From the NCBI GenBank assembly GCA_947630625.1, contig CANRIL010000011.1, positions 2,065 through 66,064 on the forward strand: a stretch of DNA of 64,000 bases. The letters run 5' to 3'. Of this stretch, positions 28,102-37,095 are shown piece after piece. The stretch's first letter is position 1. The number at the start of each line of letters is the position of its first letter. The translations under genes and the position numbers were made by a program. The DNA comes from an uncultured Clostridia bacterium. Lineage in GTDB: Bacteria; Bacillota; Clostridia; Oscillospirales; CAG-272. The notes beneath the pieces are model-generated. The model was not told the origin of the DNA, made no database searches, and was given only the letters and a program-made list of their open reading frames with translations.

Positions 28102-28150
28102 GAACCCCCTTAAAACTTCTTATACATCTGAACTATTCACGATAACTGCA

Positions 28151-28186
28151 ACGGGGCTGACGCGCGTGCGTCAGCCCCGTATTTTA
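28151..28186. terminator. Second hairpin between the convergent genes
   Basis: acggggctgacgc / gcgt / gcgtcagccccgt is followed by atttta. Confidence 0.55.
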
Positions 28187-28202
28187 ACTTTAGCTTACCC
28201 GT

Positions 28203-30878
28203 TTATCTTTTCTTTTTCAGCATGACCGCCGCGGCGAGCACGAGCGCCGCCATGATGCCGGAGCCGCAGACAACGGAGCCGCAGCCGCCCTCATTCGCGT
28301 CGCCGCTCTCCGTCCCCGTCGGGGACTCGGTTTCGACCGGTTCATTCTTCACCGTCACCGATGTCGGCACCTCAAGCTTATTTGCCACGTAAAATTTCAC
28401 GTAGTCGACGGCTCCGCGGAATCCGTCGCCGTCACCGCCGCCGACAGCGCCGGCAGTCGCCTTTATATCCGCCGGAACAAGCGAGGTTTCAACCGCGTCA
28501 TGCGTTTCCTCGCCTATCGTCAGCACCGCCAGCCCGTCAACGAACGTGACGACTACTTCCGCCCATTCTCCCTTCGTGAGCGCCGTTTTCGACCTGAGCG
28601 TGACCGTTTTGTCGCCGACCTTGAGCTCAAACTTCAGCATTCCGTCCCCATCCGCGGGAATGAGGGACATCGAACCGTTCTCGCCCTCATAATAAAGGAT
28701 GTTTCCGCTGTCAGCGTCGGGGCGCACGTTCATCGCGATCTGAACGTCGCGCGGGAGGATCGTTCCGCCGTCGAGCATTATAAACTGGTCGCTGCCGCCG
28801 AACGTGTAGAATCCGAGCGCGGTTTCGGCGCTGCCCTTGTCCCATGCGGCTCCGTGAACGACCGCGTACGTCGAACCGCTCTGCGGCGCTGCGATCACCG
28901 TATCCTGCGTTTTGGAAAAATCGTATCCGATATAGAGTCCCTTTGACTTTTTCAGTCCGTCGACGTATGTTTTCTGCGCGTTCTGGTCGCCGAGAGACGG
29001 GAAATATCCGAACGCGGTCCCGTCCTTGATCGAGAGTCCGCCGTCTTCGAAGAAATCTCCGTCGGCGACTGCCGTTCCGGTGAGAGCGCCCTGGCCTAAG
29101 CAGAGTGCGAGCCCCTTTGCGGTCGCGTTATCCGAAAGCTTATAATTGCCCGCAACATACGCGGATTCTATGACATTCGCATTTCCGGACACCATGGCGC
29201 TGCCTGTCACAACGGCGGAATCGCCGACGTGGGCCTCATGCCCTACTGCGGCGTTCCCCGCAACGACGGCAAAGCCGTCGATGACCGCGTCGCCGCTGAC
29301 CTTTGCGTTGCCCATGACAACGGCGTGTCCCTCAATTCTTGCGTTGCCGGTCACAACGGCGTTGCCGAGCACCATCGCGTCCGGTCCGACATAGACGCCC
29401 TCGTCGACCTTTGCCGACTTAGCGACAAAGCCGCCGCCGTTAATATGGTCTTCTCCCGCACTTGAAGCTTTGATCTCGCGCCGGGACGGTTCCGCGCCAA
29501 CGATGACGGCCTCAAACGGGTATCTCGGCTTCTGGCTGAACGGGACCTCGTTTTCCGACTGGAACGCCGCGTATTTTACATATTTGTCAAGCGCGGGCGT
29601 CGCCGCGACCGTGAGATATATCTCGCTCGCACCCGACACGTTGACGGTCACCGATTCTCCGTCGCCGAACAATTCGGAATAATTTGACACGCCGCCCTTC
29701 ACTGTCACGACGCAGGCGCGCCATGCGGCGCCCTCAAGCGCCGACAAACCGTGAAGCGTCACCGTTATTTCGTCTCCCGACGCCGTCAGAGGCGCAACGA
29801 CGTATGCCGCCTGCTGCGGCGCGCGCTCCGTCGGGACGGCGTATGTGTTCTCCGAATAAGGGACCGCCTCGAGCATCGTATAAAACTGCTGCCAGAAGAA
29901 ATCCTGATAATTAATGCTGCTCTGCACGTTTGCAATATACGAGTCCTGATGCTCAAAATCGAGCGTCGCCATATGCGCGGCAAAATATCCGAGCATATCT
30001 TCAAGCGGCGCTTTCGCGTGCTCGGCGATCATCGTATATATGTATCCGCTGGCGCTGCCGTTCTGCAAAAGCTTCGCGACAAAATCAGACCCGTATCCTT
30101 CAAGGCCGTCCGGGTTCTCGGTCAGATACTGAAGTATCGGCCACGCCTCGTAGTAGGCGCGTCCGTTCGCCGCCGTCAGGCTCGCGGCGCGGAGGATAAG
30201 GTGCGAGAAATCCGTCCTCGTTCCGCCCGCCGTATAATAGTCGCTGTAAAGGTACTGCTCGCGGAACCAGTTTCCGATCGCCTCATACCACGGTCCGAGG
30301 TAATTTCCGGACGACCAGCTGTTATACCCCTGCGCAAAGTGAGTCACATGGCCGAACTCATGCGGCAGCGCCCATGAATTTGACTCCATCGCGCTGCGGC
30401 TGCACATCATGTACCCGTATCCCTCGTAGTCGACGCCGCCGTAAGCCGCCCATTCGTTCGGGTCGGCGGCGTTGTGGTATCCGGGCAGCCCCGTGCCCCA
30501 CACCACGACGTTGACCTTGTAATGTGTTTTGTGGTCGCCGTTTCTGAACGTGCAGAGTGACGGCGGCGTCATGCCGAGGTCGTCTATATAGAGCTTCCAG
30601 CACGCCTCGTACATGTCGAATATGTTCTTTATCCAAGCGTCATTGATGTAGGAGTTGTTCTGATCGCCCCAGAGAAGCTGGAAATGCTCGCTCTCTGCGG
30701 CGTGATACTTCTCCGCCGATATGATCGTCACCCCGTCCGCATTGACGACAGGGCGAACGTGATAGACGATTTCTTCGTCTTCGCAGCCCTCTTCCGCCGA
30801 TACGGTCAGCGGCAATGCCGACAAAAGTATGACGAGCGACAGGATCAGCGCCGCCATTTTTCTTACGCGGTGTTTCAT
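28203..30878 (-). CDS. Large secreted, C-terminally anchored protein with an HEFGH zincin-like domain, a beta-helix repeat segment and a LamG/concanavalin-like domain
   Basis: Signal peptide MAALILSLVILLSALPLTVSA. The zincin motif is WALPHEFGHVTHF. Hexapeptide-like repeats run from VVTGNARIEGHAVVMGNAKVSGDAVIDGFAVVAGNAAVGHEAHVGDSAVVTGSAMVSGNANV. The LamG-like segment runs from KFELKVGDKTVTLRSKT to GEWAEVVVTF. The tail is EGGCGS, a TM span and KKKR. Confidence 0.6.
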   Translation of the reverse strand: MKHRVRKMAALILSLVILLSALPLTVSAEEGCEDEEIVYHVRPVVNADGVTIISAEKYHAAESEHFQLLWGDQNNSYINDAWIKNIFDMYEACWKLYIDDLGMTPPSLCTFRNGDHKTHYKVNVVVWGTGLPGYHNAADPNEWAAYGGVDYEGYGYMMCSRSAMESNSWALPHEFGHVTHFAQGYNSWSSGNYLGPWYEAIGNWFREQYLYSDYYTAGGTRTDFSHLILRAASLTAANGRAYYEAWPILQYLTENPDGLEGYGSDFVAKLLQNGSASGYIYTMIAEHAKAPLEDMLGYFAAHMATLDFEHQDSYIANVQSSINYQDFFWQQFYTMLEAVPYSENTYAVPTERAPQQAAYVVAPLTASGDEITVTLHGLSALEGAAWRACVVTVKGGVSNYSELFGDGESVTVNVSGASEIYLTVAATPALDKYVKYAAFQSENEVPFSQKPRYPFEAVIVGAEPSRREIKASSAGEDHINGGGFVAKSAKVDEGVYVGPDAMVLGNAVVTGNARIEGHAVVMGNAKVSGDAVIDGFAVVAGNAAVGHEAHVGDSAVVTGSAMVSGNANVIESAYVAGNYKLSDNATAKGLALCLGQGALTGTAVADGDFFEDGGLSIKDGTAFGYFPSLGDQNAQKTYVDGLKKSKGLYIGYDFSKTQDTVIAAPQSGSTYAVVHGAAWDKGSAETALGFYTFGGSDQFIMLDGGTILPRDVQIAMNVRPDADSGNILYYEGENGSMSLIPADGDGMLKFELKVGDKTVTLRSKTALTKGEWAEVVVTFVDGLAVLTIGEETHDAVETSLVPADIKATAGAVGGGDGDGFRGAVDYVKFYVANKLEVPTSVTVKNEPVETESPTGTESGDANEGGCGSVVCGSGIMAALVLAAAVMLKKKR

Positions 30879-30925
30879 AAAATATGTTCCTCTTTTCTGC
30901 TGTTTGGCACAAAACCTTCATAAAT

Positions 30926-30954
30926 AATATATCACCGCTTGTGCATGTTGTCAA
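30926..30954 (-). promoter_or_regulatory. SigmaA-type promoter for the 891-aa surface protein gene
   Basis: The minus strand reads TTGACA, 17 nt, then TATATT. The plus-strand coordinates are tgtcaa 30949-30954 and aatata 30926-30931. Confidence 0.6.
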
Positions 30955-30978
30955 GCGAAAATGAGGGACGCCGCAAAA

Positions 30979-31803
30979 TTATTTTACGGAATTTACATAA
31001 ACGATCACGCACTGTTCCCCTGTGCCGCTGCCAAAATGCTGCGCGCCGAGCGATTTTACGACCTCGGCGTTTTCCTCCGTCAACTGTACCGTAAACGGCT
31101 CGTCGTTGTATTCGGCGTCGAACAGCTCCGCAAGCTTTTTCGCCTCCGCCGAATCAGACGCATAGATCACGTATCCGCCGTCATAATCCTTCCCGTACAG
31201 CGCGAAAACCTCCGCCGGCGGCGACGCCTGGTTCAGGCTTTCCCCCGCCATGCCGCCGGGCGCCTGCGCCCCGCCGCTGAAATTTCCATCCTCCACGTCT
31301 CCGACGGAAAAATCGTTTTTGTCAGGTTTGCCCGGCACCTCCGCTTCCGCGCCAGGCGCCGCCTCGTCGCTGAAATTATCAAACGTTTGGGAGAGGAACC
31401 CGACTCGCCATATAGTGAACACGGAACCGACGACGAGCACGAACACCGCCGCCGCGGCGAGGATCCGTGTCAGTCTGCGCCGCCTGCCCGCCCGGACCGC
31501 GTTCGCGTCCGAATGCACGGACTGCATTATTTTCCCGTGCATGTCCGAGGGCGGCTCGGCTTTAAGCTCCGAAAGCCTTGTGCGCAGCCACAAGAGCTCG
31601 TCGAGCTGCCGCCTGCATCCGGCGCACGTCTTCATGTGCGTCTCGACCGCGGCGGTCACCTCTTCGTTCGCCTCTCCGTCAATATATTCCGGGAGCAGCT
31701 CCCTTATATCATCGCAACAGTAGTTTCCCACGTCAGTGTTTCCCTTTTGCGGCCGTGCCGCATCGCTTTGAGCGTTTTCACGTTTATCTCTTTCATCTGT
31801 CAA
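30979..31803 (-). CDS. Anti-sigma factor (zf-HC2 type) with one TM segment and an extracytoplasmic domain
   Basis: CDDIRELLPEYIDGE...H..C..C is the zf-HC2 pattern, and the TM span is ILAAAAVFVLVVGSVFTIW. The TTG start at 31803 overlaps the sigma stop. An alternative GTG at 31731 has an AAGGGA RBS. Confidence 0.7.
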   Translation of the reverse strand: MTDERDKRENAQSDAARPQKGNTDVGNYCCDDIRELLPEYIDGEANEEVTAAVETHMKTCAGCRRQLDELLWLRTRLSELKAEPPSDMHGKIMQSVHSDANAVRAGRRRRLTRILAAAAVFVLVVGSVFTIWRVGFLSQTFDNFSDEAAPGAEAEVPGKPDKNDFSVGDVEDGNFSGGAQAPGGMAGESLNQASPPAEVFALYGKDYDGGYVIYASDSAEAKKLAELFDAEYNDEPFTVQLTEENAEVVKSLGAQHFGSGTGEQCVIVYVNSVK

Positions 31804-32402
31804 TTTGACGACGGCGGACGCTGATTTGTTCCGTCATCCGGATCATATAGAAGTTTTTTCTTTAAAATCGCGCAGAGCTCTGCGCGTGCGCGCGAAAGCC
31901 TGCTCTTGACCGTGCCGATGTCGGCTCCCGTCGCCTCCGCGATTTCGCGATAACTCATCTCGCCGAGCTCGCGAAGCTCTATCACCTCGCGATATGCTTC
32001 CGGCAGCTCCGCGATCGCTTCTCTTACGATGCGCGCCGTTTCCGCCCGCTCGACATTTTCCTCCGGCGTCAAAGACGTGTCCTCGACCTCGATTGTCTCA
32101 TCGAGCGGTACCGACGCGGACGATGCGCGCAAACGCGCCGCGTCGAGCGAGGATGTCTTCGCGATCCTGTATATCCATGTCTTGACTTCGCATTCGCCGC
32201 GCCATCCCGACGCCGAACGCCACAGCTTTAAAAACGCATTCTGCGCCGCGTCCGCGGCGTCGTCCGCGTTTTTGAGCACGCCGAAGGCGATGTTGTACAC
32301 AAACGACTCGTACCGCGTCACAAGCTCCTCGAACGCCGCCTCGTCAAGTTTTCCCGCAAGGACATAGAGTTCCCTGTCCTCAAGCTCCCGATATCGCCTC
32401 AT
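31800..32402 (-). CDS. ECF-type RNA polymerase sigma-70 family factor
   Basis: Region 2 is FEELVTRYESFVYNIAFGVLKNADDAADAAQNAFLKLW. Region 4 HTH is YREVIELRELGEMSYREIAEATGADIGTVKSRLSRAR. ATG 32402 overlaps the dusB stop (ATGA). The track start at 32531 runs inside dusB. Confidence 0.85.
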   Translation of the reverse strand: MRRYRELEDRELYVLAGKLDEAAFEELVTRYESFVYNIAFGVLKNADDAADAAQNAFLKLWRSASGWRGECEVKTWIYRIAKTSSLDAARLRASSASVPLDETIEVEDTSLTPEENVERAETARIVREAIAELPEAYREVIELRELGEMSYREIAEATGADIGTVKSRLSRARAELCAILKKKLLYDPDDGTNQRPPSSN

Positions 32403-33430
32403 GCGCCGCCTCCGTCCCCGCCGTAAAGCGCGGCAAGCTCGTTTACAGCCGCCTCCATTTCGGAAAGCGTGACGGAACGCATGATGCGGTCGCGAGCTGC
32501 GGGCGCGCCCTTTATTCCGTGTATGTACCACGCGAAATGCTTGCGCGCCTCAAACGTACCGACTCTCTCACCCTTGTCGGCGACGAGCAGGCGCGCGTGC
32601 GCGATCGCGGTCCTGCACCTCGCCGCCACCGTCGGCGGCAAATACTCCCTGCCGTCCGCCGCGGCGAAAATGCTGTCAAATATCCACGGGTTGCCGAGCG
32701 CGCCGCGCCCTATCGCTATGCCGTCGCACCCCGTCGCCTCCTCCATTCTCACGGCGTCCTCGGCAGACGCGATATCTCCATTGCCGACGACCGGTATCTT
32801 CACCGCGCGCTTCACGTCCGCGATCACGGAAAAATCGACCGGGGGCGAATACATCTGCTCCTTTGTCCTGCCGTGAATGACGATGAGCGCCGCCCCCGCG
32901 TCCTCGGCGATCTTCGCTATGAGCGGCGCGTTCACGTTTCCTTCCCAGCCCGCGCGGAGCTTGACCGTAACGGGCACGCCGAACGGCTCCGCCGCGAGCA
33001 CGCACGCGCGCACGATTTTCCGAGCGAGCTCCGGCGACTTCATGAGCGCCGAGCCGTCCCCGTTTTTCACTATCTTAGGCGCGGGGCAGCCGAGATTTAT
33101 ATCTATCGCCGCCGGTTTGCGGTCGCTCTCGCAAAAAGCGTACGTCCCGCCTGCGACCGCCCGCGCGGCGTTTGCCATAATATCAGGTTCATGTCCGAAA
33201 AGCTGCACCGCGAGCGGCGAGTCGCCGTTTTTTACGGCGGCGATGCGCGCCGTCTTTTTGTCGCCGAACCACATCGCCTTCGCGGACACCATCTCCGTCA
33301 CGGCGTAACCGACGCCGTGCGCCCTGCACACCGTCCTCATCGCGAGGTCGGAGGCCCCTGCCATCGGAGCGAGCATGACCCCGTGCGGTATCGTTATGCT
33401 GCCAAGCACTATGTCCTTCATCCCGAGCAT
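32399..33430 (-). CDS. dusB: tRNA-dihydrouridine synthase
   Basis: LAPMAGASDLAMR, INLGCPAPKIVKNGDGSALM, VTVKLRAGW, IHGRT and GNGDI are all Dus-family motifs. Confidence 0.9.
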   Translation of the reverse strand: MLGMKDIVLGSITIPHGVMLAPMAGASDLAMRTVCRAHGVGYAVTEMVSAKAMWFGDKKTARIAAVKNGDSPLAVQLFGHEPDIMANAARAVAGGTYAFCESDRKPAAIDINLGCPAPKIVKNGDGSALMKSPELARKIVRACVLAAEPFGVPVTVKLRAGWEGNVNAPLIAKIAEDAGAALIVIHGRTKEQMYSPPVDFSVIADVKRAVKIPVVGNGDIASAEDAVRMEEATGCDGIAIGRGALGNPWIFDSIFAAADGREYLPPTVAARCRTAIAHARLLVADKGERVGTFEARKHFAWYIHGIKGAPAARDRIMRSVTLSEMEAAVNELAALYGGDGGGA

Positions 33431-33680
33431 GCTCCCCTCCTTCGCGATCCCTTCCCCCGCGCATATCGCGGGCTCTTTTGCGCAGAATAATATGTATCAT
33501 ATTGCGCCGCTGTTTTATTATACAATATTAAAGCTGTCATTTCAACATAAATTAAAGGGAGCGCCCCTGCCGTTTTTCAAACCCGGCAAAAGCGCTCGCG
33601 TGCGGTAAAAGAATCAAACCAAACAAAGCTGATTTAGACAGCCGCCCATACTATTCCGAGCACGGCAAACATAAAATAAT

Positions 33681-33717
33681 CGCTCTGTCAAGAACAAATC
33701 GTCAGAGCGTTTTTTTA
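33681..33717 (+). terminator. Orphan rho-independent terminator at the left edge of the AT-rich island
   Basis: cgctctg...cagagcg is followed by TTTTTTTT. No plus-strand CDS lies upstream. Confidence 0.55.
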
Positions 33718-33789
33718 TTTGACATAAACATAAACTAAGATAAATTTAATTAACCGTCTTAAAGTACGGTAGATTTCTTCACATTTGAG

Positions 33790-33798
33790 TGGTATAAT
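33790..33798 (+). promoter_or_regulatory. Extended -10 promoter element upstream of the BceA-like gene
   Basis: TGgTATAAT at 33790-33798. The -35 element is poor. Confidence 0.5.
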
Positions 33799-33848
33799 GT
33801 TAAATATACTTTGTCCATTCTTTATGAATGTAAATAGAGGTTATGAGC

Positions 33849-34616
33849 ATGGATGAGATATTACGTTTGGAACATATCCAGAAATACTATGGCAATCAGG
33901 GCAATATCACAAAGGCTATTAACGATATCAGCTTTTCTGTCCATACGGGTGAATTTGTCGGTATCATGGGCGCATCCGGCTCCGGCAAGACAACTATGCT
34001 CAACTGCATTTCCACCATTGATACCGTAAGCGCAGGGCATATTTTTCTTGATGGAACCGACGTGACGGAACTGAAAGAAAAGGAATTGGCTCGTTTTCGC
34101 AGGGAAAACCTTGGTTTTGTTTTTCAGGATTTCAATCTGCTAGATACGCTAACGATTTATGAGAATATTGCACTGGCACTGACGATCAACAATGTGCCTG
34201 CTGCGCAGATCGACGGGAAAGTCCATAAGATAGCGGAAACGCTGGGTATCACAGATATTTTAGAGAAATATCCTTATCAGGTTTCAGGTGGTCAAAAACA
34301 ACGCTGTGCCTGTGCCAGAGCTATCATCAATCAGCCCAAACTTATTCTGGCCGATGAACCCACGGGAGCGTTGGATAGCCATTCCTCTCAAATGCTTCTT
34401 GACACGATGCAGAGTATCAACGAGCAGTTGGGAGTGACTATTCTGATGGTGACACATGACGCTTTTTCCGCCAGCTATGCCAGCCGCATTTTATTTTTGC
34501 GTGATGGAACGGTTTTCACTGAAATTATAAAAGGAGCCGATTCCCGTACATCATTTTTTGAAAAGATTCTGGACATCCTTACAATGCTGGGAGGAGGTCA
34601 GATTGATGTACGCTAA
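33849..34616 (+). CDS. ABC transporter ATP-binding protein, BceA/MacB-type (peptide-antibiotic resistance family)
   Basis: Walker A GASGSGKTT, signature VSGGQKQR, Walker B LILADEPTGALD. ATG 33849 has better spacing to AGAGG than ATG 33843. Confidence 0.9.
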   Translation: MDEILRLEHIQKYYGNQGNITKAINDISFSVHTGEFVGIMGASGSGKTTMLNCISTIDTVSAGHIFLDGTDVTELKEKELARFRRENLGFVFQDFNLLDTLTIYENIALALTINNVPAAQIDGKVHKIAETLGITDILEKYPYQVSGGQKQRCACARAIINQPKLILADEPTGALDSHSSQMLLDTMQSINEQLGVTILMVTHDAFSASYASRILFLRDGTVFTEIIKGADSRTSFFEKILDILTMLGGGQIDVR

Positions 34617-36708
34617 ACTTTTTCGAAATAATATCAAGAAAGCATTGCGGGACTATGTGATCTACTTCTTTACACTCGTAATAAGCAGTACATTGTTCTT
34701 TGCTTTTTTGTCCTTGACGAGCAAGTACAACGACATTTTGGGCGGGAACGGAAACTACTCTTTGTCCTTGTTTCAAGACACGATCCGATATGCCGTACTT
34801 GCTATTTCCGTTATTTTTCTTGCATTGATTCGATATATCAACAGCTACATGCTAAAACAGCGCAGCAGGGAGTTTTCCGTTTATATGATTCTTGGCATGG
34901 AGCAGCGTACCATTGCAAAGCACTTCTTCGGAGAAACCTTTATTTTTGGCATGGGAGCCGTTGCTGCGGGGTGTATTTTAGGAACGCTTCTGTCCGGGAT
35001 CGTGACAACATTTGTCATGCGGACAATCACGCCAACAGCCATATTCCGTTTAGGCTTTTACCCGGATACAATGCTTATAACATTATTGTTCTTTGGCATT
35101 TCCTTTTTGCTCGTAGGCCTGGTGAATGTCCGCAGGATTTATAAAATCAAGCTCATAGATTTGCTGAATGAAAAGAAAACTGGCGAAGGTCAAAACAGAA
35201 AAAAATACAATTACATAATGTCCTTTATAATAGCTGTACTATGCTTTGGCATTGTGGGCGTGGTGCTCTATAATTTTGCGAATGTAAATAACATTTACTC
35301 CGGAAGCATACCGGAAGAAATCAGTAACCGCTATCAGGCAATAGTCATTGCGGCATCTATTATCGGTATCTTCGCACTATATAATGCTGCGGCACTTATC
35401 ATAATAGTGATCCGTCGACGTAAAAAATGGAAGAACCGCAACATAAATTCCGTCCTGCTCGGCAATCTTTTTCATAAAGTGTCCTCAACTGCAAAGGTTC
35501 TTTCTATCTCAACACTGGCAATTACAATTTCCCTTGTGGCATTTGTCATTTTACCCATGCTGGCAGAAATCACCACAGGCTATCTGGACTACCGTATGCC
35601 TTACGATGTGATGATCTACAATACTTATATGTATATCGACAAGATAGACGATATTCCGCAGATAGACTTCTCCTTTGTAAGTGAAATCCTGCAGGAGAAT
35701 GACGTTATTGTATCGGAAGATGTATCCCAGCGCAGCTACTTTGTATGGTCTCGTGATTTTAATACAGTTGACACCAGAGAATACTGGAGTGATCTGCCAA
35801 GACTGGCTATGTGTATTTCCGATTACAACGATATGCGAAGAATGGCGGGAATGGAGCCGGTTCAGTTGAATGATAACGAATTTTTTATGCACCTGGATTA
35901 TGAAATGGATATTGAAAGCGTTGAGGAAAGCATCGGCAGCGGAAACAGGTCTATTAAGTTGGACGATGGAACAATCCTTGAACTGGCGGATCTAGCAATT
36001 TATAATGATCCATTGGGAACCTACCTGTTCCATCACGATGATTCTATCCTTGTGTTCCCTGATTCCGTGTGCGAAAACCTCTATCTTGCGCGAACCTGCT
36101 ATTATGCAAATACAGAAACAACCGTTCCGTACCGTCTTTGCGATTCGATCAGAAACGAAATTGCAACTTCTTTCAAGAACCGCTATCCTTATCTGTTTGA
36201 ACAATATGAAACCAAGTATCAGTCGGACAGACATTACACCAGCTTTATTGAGCCGATTCGATTTCGGACGCAGGAAAACAACGATGTTGCCCTGACCGCA
36301 ACCAGCGTCCGCCTGCTCGGCATTTATTCCGGGATTATTTTCTTCATCATTTGTATGACAGTGCTGGCTCTGCACCTCACAACAGATTCGATTGAACAGC
36401 AGACACAGTATAGAATTTTATATCAGTTGGGAGTTGAACGGGATGATATAGTAAGGATGGTGAATAAACAAAGTCTGTGCTATTTCTTTATTCCGTGCCT
36501 TGTTGCGTTTATGATTGCCTTATTATTGATCTATTCTTTTATTGTACGATATGGATATAAGGTATTTACTTATATGAGCAGTATTGGATTTCAGTTCGGA
36601 GTATTAATCCCAGGCATACTTATTTTAGTAATTCTTATCTGCTACTATGGCGCGACAATTTATACAATCAAAAGGAAATTGAATCAGACACTTAATAAGG
36701 TGAAATAA
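34606..36708 (+). CDS. FtsX-family ABC permease, BceB-like (10 TM with a large extracellular loop)
   Basis: GGGAGGAGG RBS, and the start overlaps the ATPase stop. About 700 aa, with 4 TM, a soluble loop of about 200 aa, then 6 TM. This is the BceB topology. Confidence 0.85.
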   Translation: MYAKLFRNNIKKALRDYVIYFFTLVISSTLFFAFLSLTSKYNDILGGNGNYSLSLFQDTIRYAVLAISVIFLALIRYINSYMLKQRSREFSVYMILGMEQRTIAKHFFGETFIFGMGAVAAGCILGTLLSGIVTTFVMRTITPTAIFRLGFYPDTMLITLLFFGISFLLVGLVNVRRIYKIKLIDLLNEKKTGEGQNRKKYNYIMSFIIAVLCFGIVGVVLYNFANVNNIYSGSIPEEISNRYQAIVIAASIIGIFALYNAAALIIIVIRRRKKWKNRNINSVLLGNLFHKVSSTAKVLSISTLAITISLVAFVILPMLAEITTGYLDYRMPYDVMIYNTYMYIDKIDDIPQIDFSFVSEILQENDVIVSEDVSQRSYFVWSRDFNTVDTREYWSDLPRLAMCISDYNDMRRMAGMEPVQLNDNEFFMHLDYEMDIESVEESIGSGNRSIKLDDGTILELADLAIYNDPLGTYLFHHDDSILVFPDSVCENLYLARTCYYANTETTVPYRLCDSIRNEIATSFKNRYPYLFEQYETKYQSDRHYTSFIEPIRFRTQENNDVALTATSVRLLGIYSGIIFFIICMTVLALHLTTDSIEQQTQYRILYQLGVERDDIVRMVNKQSLCYFFIPCLVAFMIALLLIYSFIVRYGYKVFTYMSSIGFQFGVLIPGILILVILICYYGATIYTIKRKLNQTLNKVK

Positions 36709-36784
36709 GAAAATCACTGCTATTATATTGAAGAAAGAAAAAACCGCTGAAAACTGAATACCGGAACGCCCACCGTCGGTGGAG

Positions 36785-36820
36785 AGCAGGAAATCACAAA
36801 ACGGTTTCCTGCTTTTTTTT
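36785..36820 (+). terminator. Rho-independent terminator after the BceB-like gene
   Basis: agcaggaaa...tttcctgct is followed by TTTTTTTT. Confidence 0.75.
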
Positions 36821-37066
36821 GTTTCTGCGGTTGCTGAAATCGTCCCGCCGGTGTTTCTTATGCGAAAGAGAAACATTCTCTCCCTGCTTGGCAAAACGTT
36901 CGCTGCGTCCGTGTTAGAGAAAAAATGGAATTGTGATGTTTTTGGAATTTTTCATTTTATATTACATAAGCGCCTCTGGCGGTCTGGTGCTTCATTTTTC
37001 CGTTCGGATGCTGATTTACAAAATTTACAAATGAATGAATTTCCGGCTTCATATCTGTTTTGGCAC

Positions 37067-37095
37067 TTGCAAAATAAGTGTGTTTGTGGTAAAAT
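37067..37095 (+). promoter_or_regulatory. Promoter with an extended -10 element upstream of the PIG-L deacetylase gene
   Basis: TTGCAA (37067-37072), 17 nt ending in TGg, then TAAAAT (37090-37095). Confidence 0.55.

Noticed and set aside
30879-30978. ECF-sigma-dependent promoter for the 891-aa surface protein gene
   Set aside because: The gap contains a canonical TTGACA-N17-TATATT housekeeping-type promoter and no AAC...CGT-like ECF motif pair that I could see. Regulation by the adjacent ECF sigma is therefore not supported by the sequence.
30961-33490. Long plus-strand ORFs (30961-31824, 32519-33490 and others) opposite the anti-sigma, sigma and dusB genes
   Set aside because: The minus-strand genes carry clear family motifs (zf-HC2, sigma regions 2 and 4, Dus motifs). 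The plus-strand translations are Arg-rich nonsense typical of high-GC antisense frames.
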